Source: the human T2T-CHM13v2.0 reference genome, Homo sapiens. Taken from it: a DNA stretch of 64,000 nucleotides. The notes below the pieces were generated by a model, which saw only the letters and a program-made list of their open reading frames with translations, was not told where the DNA came from and did no database searches. The translations under genes and the position numbers were made by a program. Each line of letters opens with the position of its first letter. The stretch's first letter is position 1. This document shows, piece by piece, positions 1-18,496 of the stretch. The stretch lies in assembly GCF_009914755.1 (NCBI RefSeq), contig NC_060932.1; one strand, 5' to 3'.

Positions 1-357
1 TTGAAGAATTTTGTTTGCCTTTGGAATTTGGATGGCTTTAGCTTGTTTTTTCAGTCATTGAAGAAATATTTAAACAGATGGTCACATTAGTTGCAAGACC
101 CCAAAAGGGAGAAATTAGCCAGAGTTCCTGAGAGAGGACAACTATGTAAGTTAGATAAGCCCCACTAACCAAGAGAAGTGGCTAAGAAAATGCTGCAAAT
201 GAATAGAGGGGCCCGAGAGAGCAAAGGTGGGATGAGAGGCAGGTGGGAAGATCACAGCACTTATTTCACAGTCTAGAATTAGATGACTTAGATATTTAAA
301 TGTGCTTATTTACTATCTGTCTCTGACCACTATTCAATATTGTACACTCAGTATCTA

Positions 358-888
358 GAGCAGCATCGTCCAATAGAAATACAGTACAAGCTGTAAATGA
401 GGCCACATTTAAATATTCTAAATGACATATCTTTGAAAAAATGAACCACAAAATTAATTTCAAAAAACATTTTTTCAAATTTATTTTTTAATTGACAGAT
501 AAAATTCTATGCATTTGAAGCATATATACATTGTGGAATGGTTAAATCTAGTTAATTAACATATGTATTGCCTCACATAGCAATAATTTTTGTGGCAAGA
601 GCACTTAACACCAACTGTCTTGGCATTTTTCAATAATATAATCTATTATCATTAGCTATAGTCACCATGCTGTACAATAGCTCTCTTAAACTTATTTCTT
701 CTTTCCTTTCAGGAAGTATTCAACATAAAAATTATTAATGAGGTATTTTATATTCTTTTTCTCATACTAACACTTCCAAATCAAGTGTATATTTCACACT
801 GATAGCACATCTCAATTCAGACTATCTGCATTTCAAGTGTTCAATAGCACTTTTGAGTGAGTGGCTACTGCATTAGACCATGTAGCTC
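358..888. mobile_element. MER33/MER3-type hAT-Charlie fossil, split by an L1MA fragment
   Basis: Starts 'cagcatcgtccaatagaaat' and ends 'tcaatagcac...gtggctactgcattagac', resembling recalled MER3/MER33 ends. Confidence 0.65.
470..705 (-). mobile_element. L1MA-type 3' end fragment
   Basis: 'aattgacagataaaatt...tatagtcaccatgctgtacaatag' resembles an antisense L1MA 3' UTR. Confidence 0.65.
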
Positions 889-900
889 CAGAACTGAGTA

Positions 901-1223
901 TTTACTTATTTATTTATTTATTTATTATTGGTTGTTTTTTCTTTTGAGACAGAGTCTCGCTCTGTCACCCAGGCAACAGTGATGCGATCTCAGCTCACTG
1001 CGAACTCAGCCTCCCAGATTCAAGCGATTCTCCTGCCTCAGACTCCTGAGTAGCTGGGACTACAGAAATGTACCACCATGTCCAACTAATTTTTTCTATT
1101 TGTTTAGTAGAGACGGGGTTTCACCGTGTTAGACAGGATGGTCTCAATCTCCTGACCCCGTGATCCACCCACCTCAGCCTCCCAAAGTGCTGGGATTACA
1201 GGCGTGAGCCACTGCGCCCAGCC
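901..1223 (-). mobile_element. Alu (AluY/Sc-like)
   Basis: (TTTA)n tail, antisense dimer ending 'gagccactgcgcccagcc'. Confidence 0.95.
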
Positions 1224-2460
1224 AGAACTAATTATTAAATATCAGTTGAACTTAAAAATGAATGAATAAATGAGGTGTCAGTGGATAAATACATAAATAA
1301 ATTCCCAATTTTAACAGATCAAGAAAATGAAGCTCAGAGGGTTTAAATAAATTCTTCAATATGTCATCTTTTCAGAAAGTGGTGGGACTGATTTTTGAAT
1401 TTTTGGCCGAATTCATGGACACACTGGCATCTTAGGTCAGTCTTCCTGTCAAAAACTCTCAACCACACTTTACTACCCCAAAATAAATTCCTTATCATGA
1501 CATTTAAATTCCGCTAACATCTAACACTCAATACACTTTTCTAGTCTTTTCCTCCACGGGTGCTTTTCAGACATAATATGCTCCAAGCAAATTGATTTTT
1601 TTCAAGGTTAGGAACACCAAGCAGCCTGCCAAGAAAATGGCTCAGAATCCCAGCACTAAAATCCTCTGCTCCTCATCTCCCGGCTGCCTGTTTTTGTTGG
1701 ATGCTGCAGGTAAGTGAAGATTCAGTCCCACTGAAAGGTTTCACTTTCGAATCAGGTGGGGAGCACACCTCTCCCCCACTAGACTAAGCTCCTTCCCTAT
1801 CTATCTTTCTATCTCTGCCCTGGCACATAGTAACTTAAAAACTCATTGAATGATGAGTGTATGAAGAAAAACTAAACAGTTGATTCAACTCTCGCTCTCC
1901 TCCAGCTACATTAAGGATATGTCTACCTGTCTTTGTTCACATGGTTCACTCCAACTAGAAATGCCCCGTCTCTCTATATGCAAGGGCCACTCAGATGCAG
2001 TCTCCTTCATTAGGCTTCCCCGGGACATCCCACCACAAAGACAGCTGATGCTTCCTCACTCCCACAGAACTTCCTTCAGGCCTGCCCCCCCACCCCCCCA
2101 CCCCCATCTGACAGCACTAAGCATATATCTTATTGTCTCTCATTGAAACTCAATTATTTGGGCTGAAAAGGTGTCATCTCTAACCCCCAGCACAGTGTTT
2201 TATGTAATGTGGTACTAAAAAATAGAATATTAAGTTTAAAAGAGCAGATTCAGATTCAAAAGATACTTGATGAAGCTTTGGCTGTAAGTGTATTGGATAT
2301 CACTTATAATTATTAAACATGAAATTCCTCCTCTGTCACATGGGGAGTAAAACCTACCCTATCTGCCTATTCATAAAAAGATAAAAGAATGCATTGTATG
2401 GAAACACACTTTGTAATCCAGAAAATACTATTCAAACATATTTGTATGTAAGTCAAATAT

Positions 2461-2556
2461 CTTTGTGTGTGAGTATGTATATGTGTGTGTATACATACAT
2501 ATAAGTATATGTGTGTATATAAAGTATGTGTATGTATGTCTGTGTGTATATACATG
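2461..2556. repeat. (TG/TA) low-complexity repeat
   Basis: Alternating purine-pyrimidine tract seen directly. Confidence 0.85.
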
Positions 2557-2829
2557 TAATCAAATGGTTTAAAAGAATAGATACATATTATCTCATTTCA
2601 TTTACTTCATGAAATTGACTTATATTTGATGTTTTTTCACTTATTTAGTGGTGTATATGTTCAATACCATTCTTTTCCTATTATATGTCTTGAGGGTAGA
2701 AACTCTGTTTTGTTCATAGCTATATCCTTGGTGTCTATAATAGGACCTGCCATAGACCATTTAATAAATATCTATCGATTGATGAAAACTACGTACATAC
2801 AAAATAAAATGAGAGTTCTCAGAAAATGT

Positions 2830-3410
2830 TGGCAGCAGTGGTATCGTTTTTTTAAAATCTCTCTAAATTCCCAAATAAAAATAGAACTAGAAAGGCAAAT
2901 AAAAAACTCACAGATAATATTTATTACAAAACTAGGTGACATGGTTGTTCTCATGAACCTCAAAAATAAGTGAATGGAAATAAACCAGTAATAGCACAAA
3001 ATCTGCATGCTATCAGCATCTGTGCAGGGAAATAGAGTGAGGCAATGAGAGCTCTGCTGGACCTGGAGCCAGAGGAACCCTCAATAGCAGCAGGTATTCA
3101 CAGAAAGCCTGGCAGCCCTGTGTGAGAACAGCAGCTGGCATCAGGAGCGCATGTCCCATCCCCACAGCAGATTATAAGAGAGGTCTGTGGAGAGCCTGGA
3201 GGGGCAGACACAGCCTAGACCTGCAAATTTTCTGTACAACCCACCAGAACTTTTTTCAGACCACAGCTTCATACTGAGGAGAAACTGCTGAGAGTAGAAT
3301 TAAAACTGAGGACAAAAACAATGGAGACAAAGCAAAGGTTCAGACAAATGTGGGGGAGAGTGGAGCTAATACACTTCCGTAAACAAACCATTCTGTTCTT
3401 AAACACTATG
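2830..3410 (+). mobile_element. Old L1M 5' region fragment (tentative)
   Basis: A-rich sequence resembling L1M 5' ends, upstream of further L1M debris. Confidence 0.3.
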
Positions 3411-3417
3411 CTACACT

Positions 3418-3436
3418 ACACACACACACATACACA

Positions 3437-3489
<53 letters not shown>
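3418..3489. repeat. Compound (CA)n(CT)n microsatellite
   Basis: Seen directly. Confidence 0.95.
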
Positions 3490-3492
<3 letters not shown>

Positions 3493-3524
3493 GAAGCTCT
3501 GTTAAGTTAGGAAAGCAATCTTGA

Positions 3525-3808
3525 TTTTTTTTTTTTTTTTTGAGAGTGAGTCTTGCTCTGTCACCCATGCTGCAGGGCAGTGAGTGGCGCAATCTCAGCT
3601 CACTGCAACCTCCGCCACCCAGGTTCAAGTGATTCTTCTGCATCAGCCTCCCGAGTAGCCGGAATCACAGGTGCGCACCACCGCGACAGCTAATTTTTGT
3701 ATTTTTAGTAGAGATGGGCTTTCACCATGTTGGCCAGGCTAGTCTCGAGCCCTCAACCTCAGGTAATCCACCCACCTCGGCCTCCCAAAGTGCTGGGATT
3801 ACAGGCAT
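3525..3808 (-). mobile_element. AluS, missing about 17 nt of its 5' end
   Basis: Poly(T), then antisense dimer stopping at 'gggattacaggcat'. Confidence 0.95.
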
Positions 3809-3888
3809 AATCCCAGCAAACAAACCAAAACAAAACAAACTATAAATTGAGAAAACTCTCCTACAATTAAAATTAAAGGAAGTATATG

Positions 3889-4222
3889 CAGTCATCCTTC
3901 AGTATCCATGGGGAATTGGTTCCAGGACCCCCTACAGTTGTCAAAGTCTGCAAATGCTCAAGTCCTTGAAAGAAAATGTCAGCGTTTGCATATAACCTAC
4001 ATGCATCCTCCTGTAGACTTTAAATCATCCCTGCATTACTTATAGTACCTAAGAGAATATAAATGCTATGCTAATAGTTATACTGTATCTTTTATTTGTA
4101 TTATTTTTATTGTTGTATTTTTTTTATTGTTGTATTATTTTTATTTCATTTTATCAAATATTTTTGACCTGCAGTTGGTTGAATCCATGAATGTGGAGCC
4201 CATGAATATGGAGGGCCAACTG
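3889..4222 (+). mobile_element. MER2 (TcMar-Tigger MITE)
   Basis: Imperfect TIRs 'cagtcatccttcagtatcc' and 'gaatatggagggccaactg', followed by TA. Confidence 0.85.
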
Positions 4223-4634
4223 TATTGAAAGAGCCTCATGTATACCCCTAAATGTCAACCCAAAACAATCAACACAAAAAAATTTTTCAGTAAAATTACT
4301 AAACCGTATAGAAAGATATTTTTAAATTACCTGAGCCTTTAAGAAAAAGATGGAAGGAAAACAAAATTAGATTATCATCAGACATTTCAACTGCAATGTT
4401 TTACTTCAAAAACAAATGATGTAACATATTTTAGACTTGCAAAATAATGTGTGACAAATTTTGTATATCCAGCAAAGCTGACATATAAGTATAAAGGACC
4501 CAGTGAGAAAACAGGCCAGAACTCAGGGAAGCTTGTTCTCATGAGCTGTCTCTGATGTGCCTACTAGAATGTAAGATTGATTTTAATAACCAAAATGACT
4601 ATGGAGACATTGATATAAGAATTGGTGGTAGTTG

Positions 4635-5040
<406 letters not shown>

Positions 5041-5562
5041 TCAGATACCATAGATACAGCATATTTAAAGATGGGGAGACACTGGGGAGAATATGTGCTG
5101 CAATAAAGAGATTTAATTTCTCAGTTAATTATACTGGTGCTGTAGCATCAATATTGTTATTCACGGGATATGCACAATATTATTGGATAAAGTATATCAA
5201 TAATTATGGGATATTCTAATTCATCGTTTCCTGCGTCTTTGTGAACCAACATACTCAGTGTAGAAAAAGAGTGAGCAGATGGCATACAGGCGAGTATCAA
5301 ACCCTGTAATTGTGATTTGAATTGGAAGTGTTAGTATAAACCCTTGAGATATCATATAAACATATATGTTTCTTAATTCTAACCAGTGAAGAGGCCTTAA
5401 AAACAATGACAAACTCTACAAAATTTCCCTAGCACTCAAAAACCCTAGCAATCTTGAAGTGCCATTGCCACAAAAAGAAACCCAGCCTTTTGTGGGGGGA
5501 AAAAAAAAAAGACTAATTCTAAGAAGTGTGCCACATGATCCTGGAATATCTTGCCATGCTAG

Positions 5563-5963
<401 letters not shown>

Positions 5964-7999
5964 AAGATTTTTCAAATAGCTCCAAATACATGAATTCATA
6001 GTAATATTTCCTAAAAACCTGTTTGTTCACCTTTGTAGAATGATAGGGAACCAGTTCTTTAATTAGACACTGATAAAAGAAAAGAATGAAGTATTTTTTT
6101 CTGCTTTTCCTAAAAGCACAGAGTATCAAACAATAAATGAGGAAAATCACTTGTTATAAAATTATTCCAATTAATCAATGAAAAAAATAGAAGAAAACAG
6201 CTTTGCAACCTCCAATGAATTAATGGATCTAGGCATTGGGCATCAACAGCTGCTAACATCACAAAAAGAGAGACAATCAGATATCATCTGCCTCTTAATG
6301 AAAGAACTCAACACCATTTATAGTCTTGCCAAATGTATCAACCCCAAATCCAATCAAGTCTCTGGAACCATCTGCCAATTTTCAGAGGACGGAAAGGACA
6401 GAGGAAAGTGTTGAATGGGGATCACAAGTACACAATCAGCAAAACCTATACTTTAGAAAACTCTTTAGGTCAAATGCCCCCAGGTTCTTTTATAGGTAAA
6501 TGGTAAAGAATAAAAGATGAAAAAGAAACCTGCAGACTAAAATAGATGTAAAAAGTATGTCAAGATTTTAAAAATTGGGCAAGATTAAACTATGCTCATT
6601 AGAGGGGTACATTAGTGATACAATTTTACAAAAACTCAAGAAAGTGATTCTGGAAAAGTCAGGATAGTGGTTACTTCTGTGGAAAAGAGAGAGTCAACCT
6701 TGGTAGGAGACAATGGGAAAAGCTTCTGGAATGATTGGCAAAGATCTATTTCACAACCTGGGTAGTGGTTATAATAGTGTTTACTTTAGGACTCATTAAG
6801 GGATACATCTGTTTTCTAAATTTTGTATGTGGGTTTTATTTTCTAATAAAAGGTTTATAAAAGATGAATTCCAGTTTAAAATGTACCTGGTTAGCAGCCC
6901 TAGATGTCTCCCTAACTATAACTTTTAAATATTGACGAAGATAGAAAAGGATGAAGCACACACTAAAAATTAATTTGATAGACCACCTGATGCCAGAATC
7001 TAAAGTGAATTTCTACCTGCTGTAAGGCATAAGGAGTTCAATTGAGATAAGCCATAAAACTCAAATCATAATAGGATTTCTCTCATAAGGCAGTCTTGAG
7101 AATTAAATGAGTTTGTATGTGGAAAGTACTTAGAATGGTGCCTAACCTAGAGAGCAAAAACTATATTTAAGAATAAGCTACTGTTTTTATTAAAAACCAA
7201 CCAACCCAGAGTTGTGTCCCATAAAAGAGAAACCTCTGAAACAAAGATAAGACATGGAGGATATCTCCACTGTGTCCCCCAGACTCAGATTTGTACTAAC
7301 AAAATCGCTGACCTGTTATCCTGTACCATGGGCTTCTGTTGTTTCCATTCTTTCTTTAGCACATGCTATCACATCAATAAATAAAACACACATTGTTTCG
7401 CCATCTTTCTACATCCATTCTGTGACATCCATGCCTACTTAGCAGTCAGGGTGGGGAAGGCAGTTAGTACATTGCATGCTGGTGAATGCAGCTCCCCACC
7501 TTACCCACAAACAGACAGGCTACATGGGCAGACAGGGAAGCTCCAATAGCGCCATATCCTGAAATCATGGTTTTCACAGAAGGCCCTGTCTCCTAATGTT
7601 GGGAAACCAGGTAGCAAGGAGCAGGAAAAGATGGCACCTGGAGGAACAGAGCTTTGCTAGCTGAAGAACTTCCAGAAATTGGGCATTGCCCCAGAAGCAG
7701 TGCATATCAAATCACATCTCATAATGGCACTAAAGAAAGGGACTAAAGAATTTGCTAATTGAATTAGCCAACAGCAATAATGTCTTCCCATATGTATTTG
7801 CAAAACTGATGCAAGTTTGAACACTGGAGGTTGGAACAAAATGATTCTGAATTTCTTCTTCAAGAAAAATACGGATACTAAATAATTAAGATAATTTTGA
7901 AAATCAAAAATGAGAAGTGGTTGTAGTCTGAAATGTGAAAAACATATTATAAAACTCTAATAATTTTTAAAGTGGGTTTCTGCTACAGAAAGGCACAAG

Positions 8000-9400
<1,401 letters not shown>

Positions 9401-9404
9401 TTGA

Positions 9405-10250
<846 letters not shown>

Positions 10251-11061
10251 AGGCAACAACAGCCATGATCTACATAGTACCCAGAAAGATTTGCACATGT
10301 GTGAAAGAGCAAGAGTAGAAACAAAACCTGAAAGGCAAGCCTCTAAATATTAAAAAGGTGATATATATATACATCTGATTATGCAAAATTATTTTTTTCT
10401 TTGTCCTTTATGAATTGTCTAAACATTCCACAGTAGGTGATACTTTTTTACTTTTAAAAAAGAAATCAAATTTTGAAAAATAATTATTTAGAGTAAGTAA
10501 ACCCCTCATCCCACAATTTTATAGGGTTAACAGATGAAAGGGGAGAGAGAGTGTGTGCTTTACGAGATAAGATCTCCTTTCGCTCTTTGGAAGGAAGCCC
10601 AGACATGCATGGGGCAGATCTACAGAGATGTCTCTAGTTGGCACTGCCACCAGCGTGGCCCACCTCACTAATCTGGGTCCCTTCGTTCAGCAGGTTCCCC
10701 TGTGGGTCCATTTACATGCCATGTGGACTTCCAAACAACCTGCAACCCTGACAACAGCCAGGCCCTCCAAGTCATGGAGAAAAACTGCTAAGGCATCAAC
10801 ACGAATGTTTTCTGCCCAAGCCTATAAGCGCCTGTGGTTTTATAACTTTATCACCCCAAGTGCTACCTCAGGTCCTCAGTTCTGTAGAGAAGCCAATCAG
10901 AGACAGACACTTGTCCTCCAATTTCCACTGCTATCTTTATCACTCAGCACAGAGGAAAAGAAAAGGATCAGACCTAAAGAAAAGATATAACTTTAATGGA
11001 GGGCTTTATAGGGGAAAAGATTTCAAATCTCAACTGTATTCATGATACGCAGAAAAGAAAG

Positions 11062-11235
11062 TCTGGATTCTCAAAATGTGGTACCCGGATTTGCAGCATC
11101 AGTGTCACCTGAGAGCTTGCTGGACATGCAAATGCCCAGGGCCCCTCGCCAGACCTGCTGCATCAGAAATATGGGGAGGGGATCAAGCCCTCGGAGAGAG
11201 TCAGCCCCATGCTAAAGAATGCCACAAATCCACTA
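11062..11235. mobile_element. MER5A (hAT-Charlie)
   Basis: 'ttctcaaaatgtggtacccgg...cagcatcagtgtcacctgagagcttg' resembles MER5A. Confidence 0.7.
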
Positions 11236-11273
11236 CAGGAGGTGTTTCCTTGGACCCTTCCTCCCTTTACTTA

Positions 11274-11598
<325 letters not shown>

Positions 11599-12252
11599 TC
11601 AGTTTGATTAGGGTCCAAATGTCTCGCCCTCTAGCAGGAGATCTTCATTACTACTCTGTGCTCCACGGAGGTTTCTAAAAGCAAGTCTCCTTGAGATATC
11701 AACAAAGACCTAGGCCTTTTTACTTTGTTAGCTGGTCAGACTGAGCTGGAGCTTTGTCATTAGCAGTTTCTCCAGGAAGCCCATGGGTATCACGTGGACC
11801 TGCCTTTTCTCCTCCTGTTCCCTGGACGCTAGCATACCTATCATTGTGAAACTGTGTCACTGGAAAGTTAATCTCTCTGGATATAAAACTCTGTCCTCCT
11901 ATGAAAAGTTCTGAGCACTTGATTTTAACAAGGAGAAGAGCTGAAACATGTTGTATCTCGTCTATAATCCTGTAATTTTATCTTTGATTGCTCAGTAATA
12001 CCATCTTTTCCCAGTAGGGTGAAGTCATCCTTTTGCTTATCAAACCTTGCACACAATGAAGGTCCTTAAGTCCCAATTTGAAGGACCCAGATGGAAAGTA
12101 TTCTGAGATTTCCACTCACCATTTAATAAGTAGTTGGTCTCTGATACAGATTGTACAAAAAGGTCAAAACAAATCACATATTTATTAGCTTTTCTGTGTT
12201 AGTTCCATCAAGAAATATCTTCTAATATAAAATACTCAAAATAAAGCATTCA

Positions 12253-12590
12253 GGCAGGGTACAGTGGCTCACGCCTGTAATCCCAGCACTTTGGGAGGTC
12301 CAGGCAGGAGGATTGCTTGAGGCCAGGAGTTTGAGACCAGCCTTGGCAACACAGTGATACTCCATCTCTACAAAATAAGAATAAAAAATAACTAGCCAGG
12401 TGTGGTGGTGCATGCCTCTAGTCCCAGCTACTGGGTAGGCTGAGGCAAGAGGATCCCTTGAGCCCAGGAGTTCAAGGCTGCTGTGAGCTGTAATTATACC
12501 ACTGCACTCCAGCCTGGGTGACAGAGCAAGACTCTGTCTCTAAAAAGCAAACAAAAAAATTAATTTAAAATCATAAATAAATAAAAACAA
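12253..12590 (+). mobile_element. AluJ
   Basis: J-type motifs 'ggaggattgcttgaggccagg' and 'gagcccaggagttcaaggctg'; TSD aaataaagcattcag. Confidence 0.95.
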
Positions 12591-12714
12591 AATAAAGCAT
12601 TCAGTAAAAATGTATATTTCTTGAAAAAATACATAAACTTAAAACTTCAAAGAATCTGTCAATAGGAACCTACTTTACTAAAGTTATGGTGACTCTGGAT
12701 GGTGTTTCTTTTTA

Positions 12715-12968
12715 TTTTTAATAAATTTTTAATTATGAATAATTTTAAATTTGCAGAAAGTACAGTAAGTTCCCACATACTGTTGTTCTCTGTTTCCCCT
12801 CCTGTTAACATCTTACATAACTGTGATACATTCATCAAAACTGAGAAATTAACTTTGATAGCTTACTATTAACAAAACTCCAGACTTTATACAGATTTCA
12901 CTAGTTTTTCCACTCATGTTCTTTTTCTGTTTCAGGATCCAATCCAGGATACCACACTGCATTTAGCA
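12715..12968 (-). mobile_element. Old L1M 3' end fragment
   Basis: 'cagatttcactagtttttccac...caggatccaatccaggataccacactgcatttag'. Confidence 0.6.
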
Positions 12969-14039
12969 TTTTGTTTTTCAGTTCTCTTTTACTTCTTCCT
13001 GCCAACTTCTGGATTAGAACCTCGTATAGATAGCCACTTATAAATAGCTGTTAATTAACCAACACAGCATCCTGCACTTCATAACTGGTAGCAATTCTGC
13101 CCAAAAATAAAGCAATCCACAGGGCAGTGACCAGTCTGCGTCAGCAGTGTCACCAGCCTGCCATGGAGGTTAGGCTAGCTCTACTCAGACCCCAGCATCC
13201 TCTTAGGTAGGCCTGGGTTAGAGGAGGAAATCTGCTTTGGGCCCAAATGAACTGGACAATCTAGCCAAGCTTACTGATCCCATCCTTGAAGATAGAAGTA
13301 AGCCAGTTTGTTCTGTGGGAAACTCCTTATAACAATACTTGCAGGATGACTGGAGTGTCAAATGATTTAGGAAACTGCAATTATGATTTTTTTTTAAATT
13401 TCCAGTTTATTCAAAGGCAACAGTAGAAAGAAAGTCTGGGCAAAGGTGGAGGAAAAACATAAATCACCCATGACCCTTGGGTAGGATTCTCTGGAGAACA
13501 GCTACTGCACAATTACCTGCTCACCCAGCCTCCTTCTTCTTTCCCTCATCCAGTTCGTCTCCATGACAGTGACAGAGACACACACAGAGAGAAAAGCAAG
13601 CAAAAAAATTTGTAGCACAAAGTAAAATGTGCAAACAGCCCATCTAAACCATAGTTCTCATGCCTGCTCTATAGATAAGAGTTCTGGGGGCACAAGATAA
13701 TGACTTCCAAAGTGGAAGCAATTATCTCTCATACTCTTGTGGATTCAAGTTCCAATTTCTGATGACATTCTTCCTCTAAATTTCTGACATATATACACTT
13801 TCCAAGGTTCCCCTGTGGCACTGACCTGGAATCCCAGGAATCCTTAGAAATGAGAGGAAACTAAATGATCAAGTCCAATTCTTGGAGGCAACTTCAAAAT
13901 ACTGCTCACTCAGATGAGAACCGGATGGGGCCTAGAAATCAGCCTGAGGGCTCCCTTTAAATGCATTACCCCAAACTGATGTTTTCTTCTCTCTCTTTTG
14001 GTAATTAAGAAGTTGACATATGAGTTGTTAAGACTTTGA

Positions 14040-14353
14040 GGCCAGGTGTGATGACTCATACCTGTAACCCCAGCACTTTGGGAGGCTGAGACGGCGAATT
14101 ATGAGGTCAGGAGTTCAAGACCAGCCTGGCCAACATAGTAAAACCCTGTCTCTACTAAAAATACACAAAAAAATTACCCAGGCGTGGTGGCAGGTGCCTG
14201 TAGTCCCAGCTACTTGGGGGCTGAGGCAAGATAATTGCTTGAACCTTGGGGTCGGAGGTTGCAGTGAGCTGAGATCGTGCCATCCAACCTGGGTGTCACG
14301 CAAGATTCTGTCTCAAAACATAAATAAATAAATGAATAAATAAATAAATAAAA
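14040..14353 (+). mobile_element. AluS
   Basis: Dimer with (TAAA)n tail. Confidence 0.95.
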
Positions 14354-14411
14354 TACTTTAATGAAGGTAAATTAGAGAAAGCAGGGAGAAATATTCAGCA
14401 ACAGTGACTGA

Positions 14412-14751
<340 letters not shown>

Positions 14752-15362
14752 CATTCAAAGCCTTTTAATGTGCTTGCTCTCCCTGGAGGCAAAGGGCACA
14801 GACCCCACACTCCTCAGCAGCCCATGCTTCTCCAAGGTGAGTCCTGTCTGGATGTTAAGATCTGTAGACAATTCCACCATGCCCTCTGCAGTAGGACCCA
14901 GTGACCATCTACTTCTCTGCCTCCCATGAACCTAGGTCAACAATGGACTTGCCTCTCCCTAATTGCAAAGTAATAATGAATGTCTGCAGCTGAACATTCT
15001 TATCAACTTTTGGGGCATGTTATTTAGTCTCAGAAATTTGTTTGAAAACATCAACATGGTCATGATTCATGATCTAAATAAAAGCAATTCCATTCAGGTG
15101 ATTGTTGTCACTATTGATCTTATTAACCAGCACTATTATTGAGTATGAATGTAAAGGGTGTTAGCAGACCATTCAGAGTAGGTGTTCCCAACTTAATAAA
15201 ATCTACACTTGGTTTTCTAGAACTCTTTATTGTGGCTCTGGATGAATGCAGGTATTAGTCTGTGGTCAGAAGGACTTGCATTATCCCCTCCTCCTTGCTG
15301 TAATCATCCATCTGACTTACAGGACAAGGCAGACAGGAAGTGTGGCATCAATGCCCAGCTAG

Positions 15363-15718
<356 letters not shown>

Positions 15719-15827
15719 TAGAAGCCCTGTTTCCTTTTAGCACAATCTGAGTAAGGTGGGAGGGAGGGAAGGGGGGGAAATAGAGGCTCAGAGGCAGAGT
15801 AGTTAATGTCATGAGAAAGCTATTTTT

Positions 15828-17256
<1,429 letters not shown>

Positions 17257-18121
17257 TAGAGCTATTAGCCAGAAGCATCTTAGTAGGGAGGGAATTTGTA
17301 TTTATAACCAGATAAGTACTGTATACAATTGGATCACACACATCTTAAAGCCACTTCCCCAGCTTTATTATGCTTGTAATGATTTTTTTGTAGACTCTCT
17401 GCATTTCTTTACAAAGAGCCCTAAGTGTGTCCTTAAGTAAATTGCCATCAAATATGATAAAGTCACATTCACATTACTCTCAAAAAGCCTAATATTCCTG
17501 CTCTTTTTTCTTTGATGCATAAAAATAAAACTATCTAATGAAATCCCAAAGGAAAAAGCTGCACATACACCACCAACAAACACCCTCCCTGCTCACAGTC
17601 AGGAGGAGGAACCTGCGGGGATTGTAGCAGGCTGCACGAAGCACCTCCAGAATGGTTTGACTCTACCGGGAGAAGGAGACAGAGGTGGAATCAGACACCG
17701 GGTGATAAGTGCTCACATACATCTCCACCTGTGAGCGTCCACATGCATACTCAGAAGTTAGTCCTCAACATCACCAACATACAAATTCTCAACACAAGAA
17801 TGGCTCATGTACAAGAAAAGGTTTTCCAAAGCATGTGAGGCCCCTACCCACTGGGACCATGCCATTTCTTCCCACCCCATTGTAACTGGAATTGCATCTT
17901 CACTTGGGGAGAAGACAGGGATGTGAAAATGTCTTCTCAATGCAGCAACAGAGGTGTCACTTGTTTTAAAAGTGAGAAACTAACCAGTGCTTAGAACTGT
18001 AACCCCCAGAGCATTGCCTATGAATACCAAGGACCTAGAAATCTCCTCAGGCAGGGAAGAAAGGGATAGGAGAATGAGTATCTACATTTAGAGCCCAAAA
18101 TATACCTTCTAATAGAAATCA

Positions 18122-18496
<375 letters not shown>

